A DNA stretch of 64,000 nt from Eledone cirrhosa (GCA_964016885.1 OZ024742.1:359910001-359974000), one strand, 5' to 3'. Positions 43,578 through 56,917 are shown, counted from the first letter of the stretch. A program made the numbers and translations. The notes: generated by a model from the letters alone, not told the origin.

Positions 43578-43628
43578 AGTTTAAGCAAAGAATCGCTGCT
43601 TTCACCCTTAACGGGATCTTCTGAAACT
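43578..43628 (-). ncRNA. Hammerhead motif with U4A core (family Y)
   Basis: AGTTT-CAGAAGA-tCCC(gttaa)GGGt-GAA-AGCA(gcgattctt)TGCT-T-AAACT; also 60492-60542 (plus). Confidence 0.7.
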
Positions 43629-43787
43629 AACAAAGTCAATCTGTAAACGCAGAAGTGAATATTTCAAAAAACGTTGCAACCGGAGGAAGACAGGAAGACG
43701 ATATTTGCTCTACGGTTCTTATATATTTGATATATATTTATCCTTATCCAGCCCTCTTTGGATTTTAGTCTTCAAATTTATTATTAT

Positions 43788-43836
<49 letters not shown>

Positions 43837-43877
43837 CACATATTAACATACTACAGACATCATTATGAAATGTTTCA

Positions 43878-44063
43878 ATGGCGGTGAATTGGCAGTATCT
43901 GTAGAGGGTCGGACGCCATGCTTTCCAGCATAGTTACGTCCCTTTACGATCTGAGTTCAAATCCCGCCGAGGTTGACTTTGCCTTTCATCCTTACGGGGT
44001 CGCTAAAATAATGTACCAGTAATGTACTGGGTAATTGCTGGCCTTGTGCCTAAAGTAGAAACA
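43878..44063 (+). mobile_element. Full-length tRNA-derived SINE (~190 bp)
   Basis: A-box TGGCAGTATCTG, B-box GAGTTCAAATCC, central GCCTTTCATCCTTACGGGGTCG.TAAAATAA.GTACC domain; 16-bp TSD ATTATGAAATGTTTCA. Confidence 0.9.
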
Positions 44064-44194
44064 ATTATGAAATGTTTCATTTGTGAAACGAGTCGACAAC
44101 CGCCCACTGGTTTAGACCAACACACTCGTACAACCCTACATTCACTCACCTATGCACCCAATCACGCGCGCACACGCACACACACACACACACA

Positions 44195-44233
<39 letters not shown>

Positions 44234-44524
44234 TCTCACTCCCTTTCTCGTTCTCGTTCTCACTCTCTTTCTCTCTTTTTCGTTCTCTCTTTCTATCTCT
44301 CTACCTCGCTCTCTCTTCTCTCTCTCTCTCTCTCTCTCACCCTCTCTCTCTCTCTCTCTCTCTTTATGTCTCCCCCCCCCTCACACACATACACATATAT
44401 ATTTCTATTCCCCTGCTCTCTTACGCAGGTTTTAGTAGATCTACAATTCCGTTTCCCAAAATAATGATTAAAAGAATTTGAGAGTATCCGAAGATAACTA
44501 AAAATTTGGCACCTCGCGTTTATG

Positions 44525-44599
<75 letters not shown>

Positions 44600-44687
44600 C
44601 TGTCTGTCTGTCTTTGTACCAACCCGAAGCACCATTTCTGCCCATTGTTAAACAGCCTAACATAAATGGTATATATACATATATATA

Positions 44688-45345
44688 CTAGCATTAAAGC
44701 CCGGCGTTGCTCGGGGTCATTAAGTTACCAAAGTTAGGTTGCACCACCCATTTTATGGCAGCACTTTTTTGTCTGCCAGGCACTGGGTGAATGAATTGCA
44801 GACCTGGAAGCAGGAGCTGCGCCAGCAGTGACAATTGTAGTTTCGCCTATGGATATTATCTCTGTGCAAAAAAGTGTTGAAATTTATTGTTTCACAGTAC
44901 TTGCGCAACACGCGCGTAGACGATGCCAGCCGAACAACAGAGCTGCGATGGAGTTGTTCTGCATGGTTGTCTGTGTGTTTTCTAAATTTAAGACAGTAGG
45001 GAGGGTTGTGATATGAGGGAGAGTTAGCTGTTGTTTCTAGCAGGTTTAGTGACCTCATAGAGGATATGTGTTTTCTAAATTTAAGACAGTAGGGAGTGGT
45101 GTGATATGGGGGAGAGTTAGCTGCTGTTTCTAGCAGGTTTAGTGACCTCATAGAAGATATGTTTTCTAAATTTAAGATAGTAGGGAGGGGTGTGATATGG
45201 GGGGGAGTTAGCTGCTGTTTCTAGCAGGTTTAGTAACCTCATAGAGGATATGTGTTTTCTAAATTTAAGACAGTAGGGAGGGGTGTGGTATGGGGGAGAG
45301 TTAGCTGCTGTTTCTAGCAGGTTTAGTTACCTCATAGAGGATATT
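44688..45345 (-). mobile_element. Helitron-like 3' end with adjacent internal sequence (5' end not found)
   Basis: Minus strand CCCCGAGCAACGCCGGGCTTTAATGCTAG|T. Confidence 0.55.
44974..45344. repeat. Tandem repeat, 4 x ~93 bp
   Basis: TTTTCTAAATTTAAGACAGTAGG... recurs at 44978, 45071, 45162, 45255. Confidence 0.9.
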
Positions 45346-45349
45346 TTGC

Positions 45350-45492
45350 AGCACAGTTACGTCCCTTTACGGACTGAGTTCAAGACCCGCCGAGGTTAAC
45401 TTTGCCTTTCATCCTTAACGGGTCGATAAAATAAAGTACCAGTAATACACTGGAATAATTGCTGGCCTTGTGCCAAAAGTAGAAACAATTAT
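45350..45492 (+). mobile_element. 5'-truncated SINE
   Basis: Same family as 43878. Confidence 0.8.
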
Positions 45493-46094
45493 CTATAAAA
45501 GGCAGATTGTTGTTGTTGTTGTTGAAGTGAGTGTGTGTTTGTATGCGTTTGGAAAAGAGGTTTTAAAAAAGATTTATCGCTTGTTGTTGAATAAATGTAT
45601 CTGTTGCTTTTGAATAATTGTCGTTTCGTATGAAATGTAATAATTGTTTCTACTTTTTTGGCACAAGGCCAGCAATCACCCAGTACATTACTGGCACTTT
45701 ATGTAATAATAAACGTTCTCTATCTCTCTCCCTCTCCCTCTCTTCTCTCTCTCTCTCTCTTCGGCAATCACGCACGTTGTCAGATGATATGAGAGAGTAA
45801 AACGGACAGTATCACCATCAAGCTTGGAAAGAGAATGTAGCAGTAAGTATGAAGTTGTATAGGTTTTGAATGGTAGTGGAAAGAGTTTAGCAGTTTAAAT
45901 GAGAGAGGGAAATCGTAAAGTATTGAGTTTTATCTATTTTTTGCGTAATTGTGGGTGAAATTGAAAAAATGAGATGTGCCAAGACGCAATCGATGGTATT
46001 TCAAATACTGAATTGTAAATTTCAATTGAAGGAATTCTATATCGTAGATTTCTATAAGAAAGGAGCATGACCACACACTGAGCTTTATAGATTA

Positions 46095-46148
<54 letters not shown>

Positions 46149-46150
46149 TG

Positions 46151-46270
<120 letters not shown>

Positions 46271-46624
46271 CGTCAGTAAATAATAATAACAATATTTTAA
46301 TATTGTTATTAATATTCGGTTTGTTTGCAGGTAAAGAGCCTCATAACACCTATGTTTTCTAGATGACTGACGTCCTCCTTTTGTTCCAGCGGTAGCAGAG
46401 AGAAAATAGTCGACAATTATTTCGGAGTTATTTCCCCTTATCAAGACTGTATATTCTCTCCTCACTGCTACCCGTTGGAGCTGTTGAGAATACATAGTAT
46501 TCTCAAAGATATATACAGGCTGATTGGCCTAATTTGCATAGCGAGGGATTTTACGGCCGGCTTTGCCGAAAATAAAAAACATATGTTTTCGCTTTTAACT
46601 TAAGGTTATTATTTATTTCAATAC

Positions 46625-46797
46625 AGGGCGGTGGATTGGCAGTATCGGTAGAGGGTAGGACGCCATGCCTTGACGCATAGGGTTACGGCCCTTGCCATTC
46701 TGAGTTCAAATCCCGCTGAGGTTAACTTTGCCTTTCATCCTTACGGGGTCGATAATGCACTAGGTAATTGCTGGCCTTGTGCCAAAAGTAGAAACAA
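46625..46797 (+). mobile_element. tRNA-derived SINE
   Basis: Same family; TSD TTATTTATTTCAATAC. Confidence 0.85.
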
Positions 46798-47294
46798 TTA
46801 TTTATTTCAATACTTCTTTTCTATGTTAGCTATGTTAGCTATTAGAATGTTTCTATTGGTCAATTTATCTGGTCAATTTATCTGGTACTACTTGGAAATA
46901 GCAACACTGATAGTATTTGAATACATATAAAAATGAGAAAACCTGTCGCTAGAATAGTAGTTAAAATAGCTAAATGCTGTCAAAGACACCGATGGTCGTA
47001 AATGCTCACAGGACAGAGACCAGCGGCCAGTGGTCAATAGAGAGACAATCCACAAGGTGGGTGACAGACAGATGAAATATAAGAAAGATTGAAATAGGAC
47101 GAGGACAAGGAAATGCGTGTTGGTGCACACAAGTGACTGGAAGAAGAAAAGAAAGAAAGGCGATGTACAATACATGTTTACATGCACAATTATCAAGTGC
47201 GTGTGTGTGTTCATGTTCTCTCTCTCTTTCACTCACTGCCTCCGTCTCTCTCATTCTCTCCATCTGTCATATTATATAGAAATGAGAGCCCACA

Positions 47295-47486
47295 CACTGT
47301 CCATCCCACGGCCCCGGCGGACAGAATAAAGAACGCGTTTTCCCGGAGGATTGTGAAGGAGAGGCGTTGGAAGAGCCATTCCAACTCGCGAGGCTGACAT
47401 CTGCAGGTAGCCAACTCCGTGCTGATTGTGGTGAGTAGGGAGATGGTCCTAGAGCCACGGACATCAGAAGTCCCCACTTGTTTCAT
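47295..47486 (-). pseudogene. CRE/NeSL-like LINE 3' end
   Basis: [31 protein letters not shown], homologous to 19828-19974. Confidence 0.6.
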
Positions 47487-47513
47487 GTAAATTTGTTCGC
47501 ATTCATGTTAGGG

Positions 47514-47554
<41 letters not shown>

Positions 47555-47559
<5 letters not shown>

Positions 47560-47788
47560 AGAAATGTAAGCTCTCGCCGTATTTGACTAAAGAAATTAAA
47601 GAAATTATTTAGCCTGATAGTGGGGTTAAGAACCCTCGGAGAAATGGAAAAAGATGAGTATTGACTCCCATGTACGTCAATACTCATCTTTTTCCATTTC
47701 TCCGAGGGTTCTTAACCCCACTATCAGGCTAAATAATTTCTTTAATTTCTTTAGTCAAATACGGCGAGAGCTTACATTTCTAATAATT
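47555..47788. repeat. Perfect ~235-bp palindrome between TA runs, no intact HHR seen
   Basis: Arms reverse-complementary around ~47665-47675. Confidence 0.9.
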
Positions 47789-49212
47789 TCAAACCCACTC
47801 GCTGTTTCGAAAATATTCTTACTTGATATATATATATATATGGGATAACAAATTATCGTTATAGATAATCCAGTTATAGGTTGTGAATACTCTGTATTGT
47901 GGATAGTTTTAGCGTACGGCGTTGTTTGACTCAACAAGAGGTTTCCTTAGGTAGCGAGTTTGTGAGTTCTCAGGACTAATAGAGCCCTTCCATAAAAATA
48001 ATGAAAATCTAGCCTAGATTAGTTATAACTCAAACCACCCTCGCTCCATAATTAACTCCATAGCACAGTATATCCCTTAGAATTTCACGATTATCTTCTA
48101 TTCTAGAGATTTTTAATGAACACGCGAATTACTACAACATAGCTTTACTTAAGGCAGGCCATAAAGAGAGGCTCAAATACATACCACATACAAACAACAA
48201 CAACACCACCCACATCTATAGAAATAGCAAATATAGGACTAAACAGAAATAGACAACGAGCACCAGAAATAAATGAACCGAATACTAATATAAGCACCCC
48301 TAGGAACTATAGAAAATCCAGAGATAGGAAATACTTATGGTTCAATCCAATATTTAACTCCTCTATAAAAACCAAACTACCTTCTACATTCTTTAAATTA
48401 ATTGACAAGCACTTCCCTAAACTTCACAAATACCATAAAATCTTTAATAGAAATACTATCAAACTATCTTACTCTACTGCAACCAACATAGAATCACACA
48501 TACATAAAATTAACTATAAAGGAATCTCTAATGCAAATAACTTACAAACAAACACCATAACACCAAATACAAAACACAAACACATAGCAACATCACAACC
48601 ACACACACGTCAAAACGTATCACAACAAAACATCAACAAACCCAAATCTCAGCCCATACATAACAACATTCAAAACCGCATCGATGAACCGGCACACAGG
48701 AAAGCCTCAAAATGTAACTGTCACTTACTGGATAAGTGCCCACTTCAAAATAGATGCCTGGAGTCAAATATAGTGTACCTGTGTACTATAAATTCAGGCG
48801 ACTTAGCATAGCACTACATAGGTTCTACGGCAGGGGAGTTAAAAAAAAAGATGGTACGTCCACAGACACTCTATAAAAACACCGTAGACTAATGAACACA
48901 ACAACGCTCGCCAATAAAATCTGGCAGCTTAAAGATACAAACCAAGAATACTGGATTAGCTGGTCGAAATTGTCAGGGGCAAAGGCCTACAAAAATGGAA
49001 TATCCCACTGCGGACTTTGCAATATGGAGTTGCTCCATATTTTAAAATATGACAAAATGCTGCTTAACAGCAAAATAGAACGGTCGATTTTCTGTAGGCA
49101 TAAAGCAGCTACTAAATTTGTTAATTTCAAACCAACTTGATTCGACCCAACAATTCCATAATTCAAACTGTACCACCTGAGTCTATTATAATAACCCATT
49201 ATTATTATTATT

Positions 49213-49405
49213 AACGGTGAATTGGCAGTATCGGTAGAGGGTCGGACATGCTTTCCAGCATAGTTACGTCCCTTTACGATCTGAGTTCAAATCCGGCCGA
49301 AGTTAACTTTGCCTTTCATCCTTACGTGGTCGATAAAATAAAGTACCAGTAATGTACTGGGTAATTGCTGGCCTTGTGCCTAAAATAGAAACAATTATTA
49401 TTATT
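49213..49405 (+). mobile_element. SINE nested in PLE 3' UTR
   Basis: Same family as 43878; flanked by ATTATTATTATTAAC. Confidence 0.85.
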
Positions 49406-49881
49406 AACTGTCAATAAATCAACTAATCAATCAATCAACATCTTTCACTCTCTTTCGCTAAATATATTTCCCCTCTTACATTATATCCTATCGTATTCTC
49501 TTCACTTCTAACATAACTTCCAATTTATTAATTTATTAATTTATTAATTTAACCAATACATATATGTATATATTTAGTATTTTCATGTTTATACCCTCAC
49601 ATCTTTATATTTTAACCCCGACCACATCTATTTTCAACAATCATATTATGTTCACTTTTCTTCCTACAGATATAAAAATGTTTTATTTATTTTTATCATC
49701 TTCATTCTAACTTATTTATTATTATTTATTTATTATTTTTTCTTTATCTTTTTTCTTTTTTCTCTTTTCTTTTTTTTTCTTTCTTTTTCTCTCTCTCTTT
49801 TTCTTTTTTCTTTTTCTTTCTTTATTACAGATGTGATTTGAATTTCCCTAGTATATTACAAACGCCGTGTATAATTTTAAT

Positions 49882-49992
49882 CAGTTTCTGATGATTTGAT
49901 TAAGCATACATTGTATTTAAAATTGAGTGACACAACTTCAAGTGATTGGCAATTTTTAGACAACTTAATCAATGAAACAATTGTTAATACTG
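49882..49992 (+). ncRNA. Type I hammerhead ribozyme at PLE 3' end
   Basis: CAGTTT-CTGATGA-tTTGATTAAG...CTTAATCAAt-GAA-ACAATTGT-T-AAtACTG. Confidence 0.8.
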
Positions 49993-50044
49993 TAAATAAA
50001 ACCCTTTTTGTACTGTTGACCATGTTATTCTTCATTCTTTCACT

Positions 50045-50075
<31 letters not shown>

Positions 50076-50076
<1 letters not shown>

Positions 50077-51012
50077 CCTAGGTAGACGTATTCCTCCACC
50101 TCCTCTATTTCATCACCGCCAACCACCATTCGACCTGTTGGTACGTTGTCGGTCCGCATGAACTTTGTTTTCATGCGGTTCATCTTGAGGCCTACTGCAG
50201 AGCTTTTGATGTCGAGCTCCGTCAGAATGGTCTGAAGCTGATCCGTGGTTTCAGCGATGATTACGATGTCATCAGCGAAATGGAGGGGGGTAAGTATCTC
50301 GCCGTTGATGTTGACACCGCCTTGCCAGTCAATGCCTCTGATGATCTGCTTGAGACACGCGGTGAAAAGTTTTGGAGAGATCGTATCTCCTTGCTTCACT
50401 CCCTTCTCGACCGGCACTCGTACCTGGGACACTCGTACCTAGGACAAGAAGTGAACATGCACCGAGACATTGAGAGGGAGATCTCGCGGAGAGTAAGGAC
50501 TGGATGGAAGGCGTTCAACGGCATAAGGGATGTGCTCAACGGGAGGTTGGACAAGACCACCCGCGCTAGCCTCTTCAATAGCACAGTTTTACCTGCAGTG
50601 AAATTGGGCTACAACGAAGAGAGAAGAGCAGAGGCTGGTAACGGCACAAAGAGCCATGGAGAGATCAATGGTAGGAATCTCGTTGAGAGAGCACACCAGG
50701 AGGGAAATCATCAGACAGAAGTTCGGCGTGAGGGACGTCATCACGGAATATATGCGCAGCAAGTTCAGATGGGCTGGACACGTCGCCTGGTTTACCAATA
50801 ATCGGTGGACTCGCTCAGTTGCCGAGTGGTACCCGCGCAAGCGGAAACGACCACTCGGAAGGCCCCCAGGAAGGTGGAGTTACGATTTTAGGAATACGAT
50901 TGGGACTACATGGATGAGGAAAGCGCGATCCAGAGAGGAATGGACGGCGTGCAGTGACCAGCGGCGTCGAATGGACGCCCGACAGACTGGTCAGTCAAGG
51001 TCATCAAGGTGA
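50076..51012 (+). pseudogene. RTE-type LINE fragment with inverted 5' segment (50076-50425 on minus)
   Basis: Minus: KGVKQGDTISPKLF..HFADDIV..GLKMNRMKTK..EEYVYLG; plus: YLGQEVNM..EISRRVRTGW..RWAGHVA..RPLGRPPGRW. Confidence 0.9.
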
Positions 51013-51249
51013 TATATACATATGTGTGTGTGTGTGTGTATGTGTAACAATATCTGTAGGTATGAAAAAGGAAAACAGTGCTCAATCGGGAGGAGGGCAG
51101 TAATATTTTAATGGTATCTTATAAACACGTATAAGAGCCTGAAGATCACAATTTTGATCCCTCTTTTGTTCCGTGTCTGAATATAGTATATATATATATA
51201 CAGTATATATATACAGTTTATATACAGTATATATATATATATATATACA

Positions 51250-51315
<66 letters not shown>

Positions 51316-51334
51316 TGTATATATACTATTGGTT

Positions 51335-51468
51335 AAGTTCAGATCTAGCTGTCGAAACGGCCGGAGCTCAGCCGTCGGGGTCCTGACTCTTTTCCTATTA
51401 CCCACTCTACTACCTTCAGTATCGAGTACTCTGGTGCGTTACGGTCCACCTGGTTCCTTACCACACGC

Positions 51469-51472
<4 letters not shown>
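51335..51472 (+). mobile_element. Family X copy (divergent)
   Basis: GAAACGGC(cggagctca)GCCGTC-GGGGTCC...GGTTCCTTACCACA. Confidence 0.8.
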
Positions 51473-51527
<55 letters not shown>

Positions 51528-51600
51528 TGTATGGTTGCAAGAAAATATGCGTTCGTAAGCAGTATGCCGGGTGAGCAGAGCACACTGTATAAGAATAAAG

Positions 51601-51691
51601 GAACAAAGATTCAGTGTTGCATCATAACACATTTAATAACATATGTAATATGTTATTAAATATGTTATGATGCAACACTGAATCTTTGTTC
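51601..51691. repeat. ~90-bp palindrome
   Basis: GAACAAAGATTCAGTGTTGCATCATAACA / TGTTATGATGCAACACTGAATCTTTGTTC. Confidence 0.85.
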
Positions 51692-51701
51692 TTATAGTAT
51701 G

Positions 51702-52186
<485 letters not shown>

Positions 52187-52216
52187 GTAATAATAATAAA
52201 TTTGAAGACTAAAATA

Positions 52217-52267
<51 letters not shown>

Positions 52268-52282
52268 TATAAAGAAAGTGCT

Positions 52283-52567
52283 TGTTGTATTCCTCTCGGT
52301 ACTCGCAGAGAAAACACAACGAGTTATATCAAATAATTTGTGTATTGTACGAAACAACCAAAACGCCCCTCCTCACAGTAGCAGAATAACATAAAGTAAG
52401 TAAGTGCCAGCAGCAGTCTGTGACCGAGTTTTTAATACCAACGCTGACTGACTGCCCAGGTCACGTGATTCATATGCAAATGTGTGAGCACGTGTAAATT
52501 GAATAAAACGAATTTAACAGCCCATACAACAATGAGGTTGTGAGTTCGATTCCCAGTCCATACAACA
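52283..52567 (-). repeat. 3' LTR (285 bp)
   Basis: Differs from the other LTR by a 4-bp GTAA indel and one substitution as far as I can see. Confidence 0.95.
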
Positions 52568-52601
52568 CCTCCCCACCGAAATTGATGCGACAAAAGAAGC
52601 A

Positions 52602-55600
52602 TCAACAGCAAAGTCTCTCTGGGGGTTTACGAGTTCTCTTGGACCGTCTTCGATTGTCTGGTCTATACTCTGGAACGGGCAATAAGGTCTTGGGTCTGGT
52701 CTGTCTTGGAGTTAGTGGCACGATTTCCGAGATCTCAATCGGGTGATCTGTTGCAAATTCAAAAACAGTGCCTACTGCATCACCAGATTCCTTCCTCAGT
52801 AGTGTACCGCGGTTGCAGCTGTTCCCAGTGTCGTCTCCACACCGGGCCATGAGGTATGACCTTAACGTTGAAGCAGCGAGTACCCAATGACTTCTTAATG
52901 ATTCCTGATACCCATCGGGGATCTTTGTCTCGGCGAGGTCCGTAGTACAGTGTATACACAGGATCTCCAGCCTTGTACTGCCTGGTAACCTTAGCGACAC
53001 CTGCCGAGTCCGGAGTCATCTGAGACTTATATGCTTCCTTAGACTGCTTGCCTTGAGCGATGTGTGCTGGCGAGGGCAGCAGAGAATCAATCCTTGTCCG
53101 TATCTGCCGGTGATTCAAAAGTTCCCTCGGAGAGAATCCACTGGATGTCGGTGTTCTCTGGTACTGCATCAAAAACTCTTGAAGTGCTCGCTTCGGCGGA
53201 AGAGAAGTCTTCCTCAGAGCTTGTTTGAAGGTCTGCACCAAACGTTCCGCTGCTCCGTTGGTAGCTGGGTGGTAAGGTGCCCCTGTCAGGTGCGTGATCC
53301 CACGTTCTTTGCACCAGCTCTGGAACTCCTCAGAAATAAAAGTTGGTGCGTTATCGGTGACTAGCGTGTGAGGAAATCCGAAGTACACAAAGTCTTCTTC
53401 AAGCAGATCTAAAGTGGCTCTGGAGGACGTGGATGACGTAGGATGAATGCATGGATACTTGGAATAAGCATCCGTGATCACCAACCAATTACTGCCCATG
53501 AAATTTATTGCGTGGTCCAGGTGTAAGCGGCTCCACGGCTTTTCAGGTAACATCCATGGGTCAACTGGAGACTTGGATGGCTGGTTTTGATGTTCACCAC
53601 ACGAATCACATTGTCGACTGGTTTTCTCTATAGCAGCATCGATACCAGGTCAATTAACAGCAGTTCTTGCCAATTGTTTCATGCGCTCCATGCCAAAGTG
53701 TCCGAGATGCAGAAGATGAGGATCTTTGGCTGTAAGCTATGTGGAATTACAACTCTCGATCCATGGATAAGGCATCCGTGGCAGATACTGAGTGAATCCG
53801 ATAACTTCCAGAAATTATTGACTTCGTCATTGATCTCAGTATTCTTTGGTGGCCACCCTTCACGGACGTAGCGTATCACTGTAGATATCACTGGATCTTT
53901 CCCTGACTCTTGACGGAGGACATTAGCATCGATAGGTTGGACTTGAAGACTGAGAGCTTTGATGGCGCACACCATGTCCATGTCTTCACCATTTTCCTTC
54001 CTGTCAAAGTCGATGTCATTACCAAATGGCAAGCGACTGAGGGCATCTGCATTGCCATGATCCGCTGTTTTCCGATATTCGATGGTGTAGTCAAACTGGT
54101 TCAGCCACAGGGCCCACCGTGCTAGTCGGTTAGCAGTGAGAAGTGGCGTCCCTTTCCTCGGACTGAACAGTGATGTCAGTGGCTTGTGGTCAGTTACGAG
54201 TATAAACTGATGTCCGTACAGATACTGATAGAACTTCTGCAAGCCAAATATGATGGCCAGGGCTTCCTTTTAAATTTGGCCGTAGTTACGCTGTGCAGAA
54301 GTAAGAGTCTTGGACACATTGGATATTGGGCGCTCGCTTCCATCAGGATAGCGATCAAACAGGACTGCTCCAATACCAACGTTTGACGCGTCGCAAGCCA
54401 GTCCCAAAGTTTTGTTTGGATCGAAGTGTATCAGAACTCGATCCGATGAAAGCACATTTTTCAACTGATCGAAAGCTGACTGTTCTTCATCTCCCCACTT
54501 TCAAGTAGTCGTTTTTTTCGTAAGGCAATAGAGTGGCTCTACCATGCTGGCCAGGTTTGGGATAAACTTTCCATAGAACTGAACTGAACCCAGGAAAGAC
54601 TTCAAGCTTGAGACGTTCGTTGGAGGTGGCATCTTTAAAACTGCTTCGACCTTCGATCCCTTCGCGATCCCTTCAGCCGACAAGGTGTGTCCAAGGTATT
54701 CCACACTGGGTAATGCAAACTGGCACTTGTCACGGCGACATCTGAGTCCTTTGTCGCACAGACGTGTGCGCAGACACTTTAGGTTGTTCAGGTGATCGTT
54801 TGCATCTTTCCCACTGACGAGCATGTCGTCCTGGAAGACGGCCACACCAGGTAGATCTTGAGTCAGGTTTTCCATGATCTCCTGAAAGTAACCAGGTGCT
54901 GACTTGATTCCGAAAGGGAGTCGTTCCTGCAGGAGCACCCCGCGGTGAGTGCTGAGTGCAAGCCTGTGTTGACTTTCTGGAGCCAGCTTGATCTGATTAT
55001 AGGCATCAGCAAGATCAATCTTTGTGTATCCGAATCCACCTCCGATCTTCTGCATCAGTTCCTCTGGGAGTGGCATTGGATGACGATGATCTGCAAGTTG
55101 ATCATTAATTCCCACAGAGTAGTCACCACAAATCCGTAGTTTGGGCTTCAGGTTGCCTGAAGTATGTGCTTTACGAATCGGTACCACTGGCGTTCCGTAT
55201 TTGTTGAACTGTACTGGCTTCCAGATTCCTTTGGCGATGCCTTCTTCGTAACCTTTGGCCAGGTCATGACGAAGAGCAAACGGGACCGGGCGTGCCTTGT
55301 GAAAGACCGGTGTCGCGTCCGACTTGAACTTCACTTCCAGTTCGAAGTCATTAAGACATCCCAATTCTTGCTTGAAGAGATCTGGGAATTCATCACACAT
55401 GTTGTGACAATCTCGTTGCATGGAAATAGGGGGCTCATTTGAGGTGTTTGGATGCATCACTTCTGCACCCTCACTCTTGGCCTGGCTGTCTATGCTTTTC
55501 AATCCTAGAGCATTGTCCACGGAAATTCCCAGAGTCTGGATAGCGTTTCGTCCCAGCAAATTAAGATCAGGGATCTTGGTGACGATGTAGGGTATTGAAT

Positions 55601-56832
55601 TCCGTTTACCGGTCGCTGGATCCTTGGTTTGGCCCATGAAAGTTCCCAGAACGGGCAGGTCGTGCTTGCTAACAGATTCAAACCGATGTTTGACATCTTG
55701 CAGCTTTGGTTTTCCTAATTGTTTCCAAACTGACAAGGAAACAAAATTGCCTGTAGTAGCTGTGTCCAATTCCATTGTGAAAAGTCTGTTCTGGATTGTT
55801 ATTGGCACATTCAAACTATAAGTATCGTGGGGAACTTCAAGGATCGCCTTGACTAGCTCAGCTTTCGTGATTCTTTTCACGTAATTCTGTGAGCGATGAT
55901 TACGTTGCTGATGTTGTTTCTTTCTACACACCGCTTGCAAATGTCCCTTTTTGTCACAAAAATGACATTTGGCTTCTTTGAAGGGGCAGTCTGTCGCTTT
56001 GTGGGCCTTTCCACATCGGTAGCACATCTCCTGGTCTGTGGAATAAGACTGCTGATGGTTCTTTCGAGGACCCTTGTTCTTGTTCTGCTGGACCTTGTAG
56101 ACTTGCTTGGTTTTGGAACCGTAAACAGTTTCCTTGGCAACCTTTGCTGCGTCTTCGGTCCCGATGGCAACTTGGACAGCACGGGCAAAATCTAGTTCTG
56201 TATCCTTGATCTTGAAAATAGCCTTCAACACAGCTTCATTATTGACAGAACATATAAATCTCTGTCTTAGAGCTTCATCTTGTGGATTTGTGATCGAAGG
56301 AAAATTACAGGTAGCTGCATCCTGACGTATACGTGCTGCCAGCTCCTGGAGAGTCACTCCAGAACTTGAAACGTTCTCTCACAATGAAAAGTTTTGGGTC
56401 GAACTGTTCTTTCATGAAGTCAACAATTTCGCCCATTGTCAACTTGTTGATATCCTTAGGCGGATTTTGTTGAGCAGCCAGATTTGCAAGTTGTTTGTAG
56501 ATAGCAGCCGTCTGATTAGTCAGGAACACTTGTGCCATGCGTTGCTCGGGTACAGCGTTAGCAGCCACAAACGTGCAGAATCTTGACCAGTAATCAGGCC
56601 ATAGTTCTGTTGTTGAATCAAAAGCAGCAAATGGTGGGATGAATGCTGTTGGTGTCGAAGCAACTGGCGACGCCAATAAACTCTGTTGTTCAGAATCTCG
56701 AGCACCAAACAGTTTTATCAGAGTGTCCATATCTTTCTTGTGTTGTTGCATTTGTTGTTCCTGTTGTTGCATTTGTTGTTCCATCTGTTCTCTAAACAAC
56801 TTTATTAGCTCCTCTGTTTGTTGTTCCGCCAT
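52602..56832 (-). pseudogene. gag-pol polyprotein, disrupted by several frameshifts/stops
   Basis: CYRCG..H...CP and CHFC...GH....C knuckles; MELDTA protease; RICGDY, KIDLADAYNQI, LPFGIKSAP, FQDD RT; LACDAS RNase H; VTDNA, PYHPATNGAAER integrase. Confidence 0.9.
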
Positions 56833-56917
56833 GTTTTTATGATAAACAATTTCCCGGTAATGTAGGTAAATCCTATCGGCAATGTAGGTAAATCCTATCG
56901 GCGACGCCAATAAACTC

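Larger units (their letters stand above)
47845..50045 (+). mobile_element. 5'-truncated Naiad-type PLE (decayed ORF ~48070-49140) with 3' UTR and terminal HHR
   Basis: LWFNPIFNSSIKT..IDKHFP..IFNRNTIKLSYS; CNC..CPLQNRCL; YIGST; TTLANKIWQLK..CGLCNME..CRHK. Confidence 0.8.

Noticed and set aside
43878-44063. tRNA genes at A-box/B-box motifs
   Set aside because: No cloverleaf; multi-copy with body, tail and TSDs, so SINEs
44410-44520. Possible host exon after a polypyrimidine tract and CAG (also 46320-46500)
   Set aside because: No recognisable protein similarity or coherent donor/acceptor pair; cannot be supported without transcripts
47555-47788. CTGATAG..GAAA as a hammerhead
   Set aside because: Core positions 8-9 are wrong and no stem III/stem I pairing was found; kept only as a palindrome
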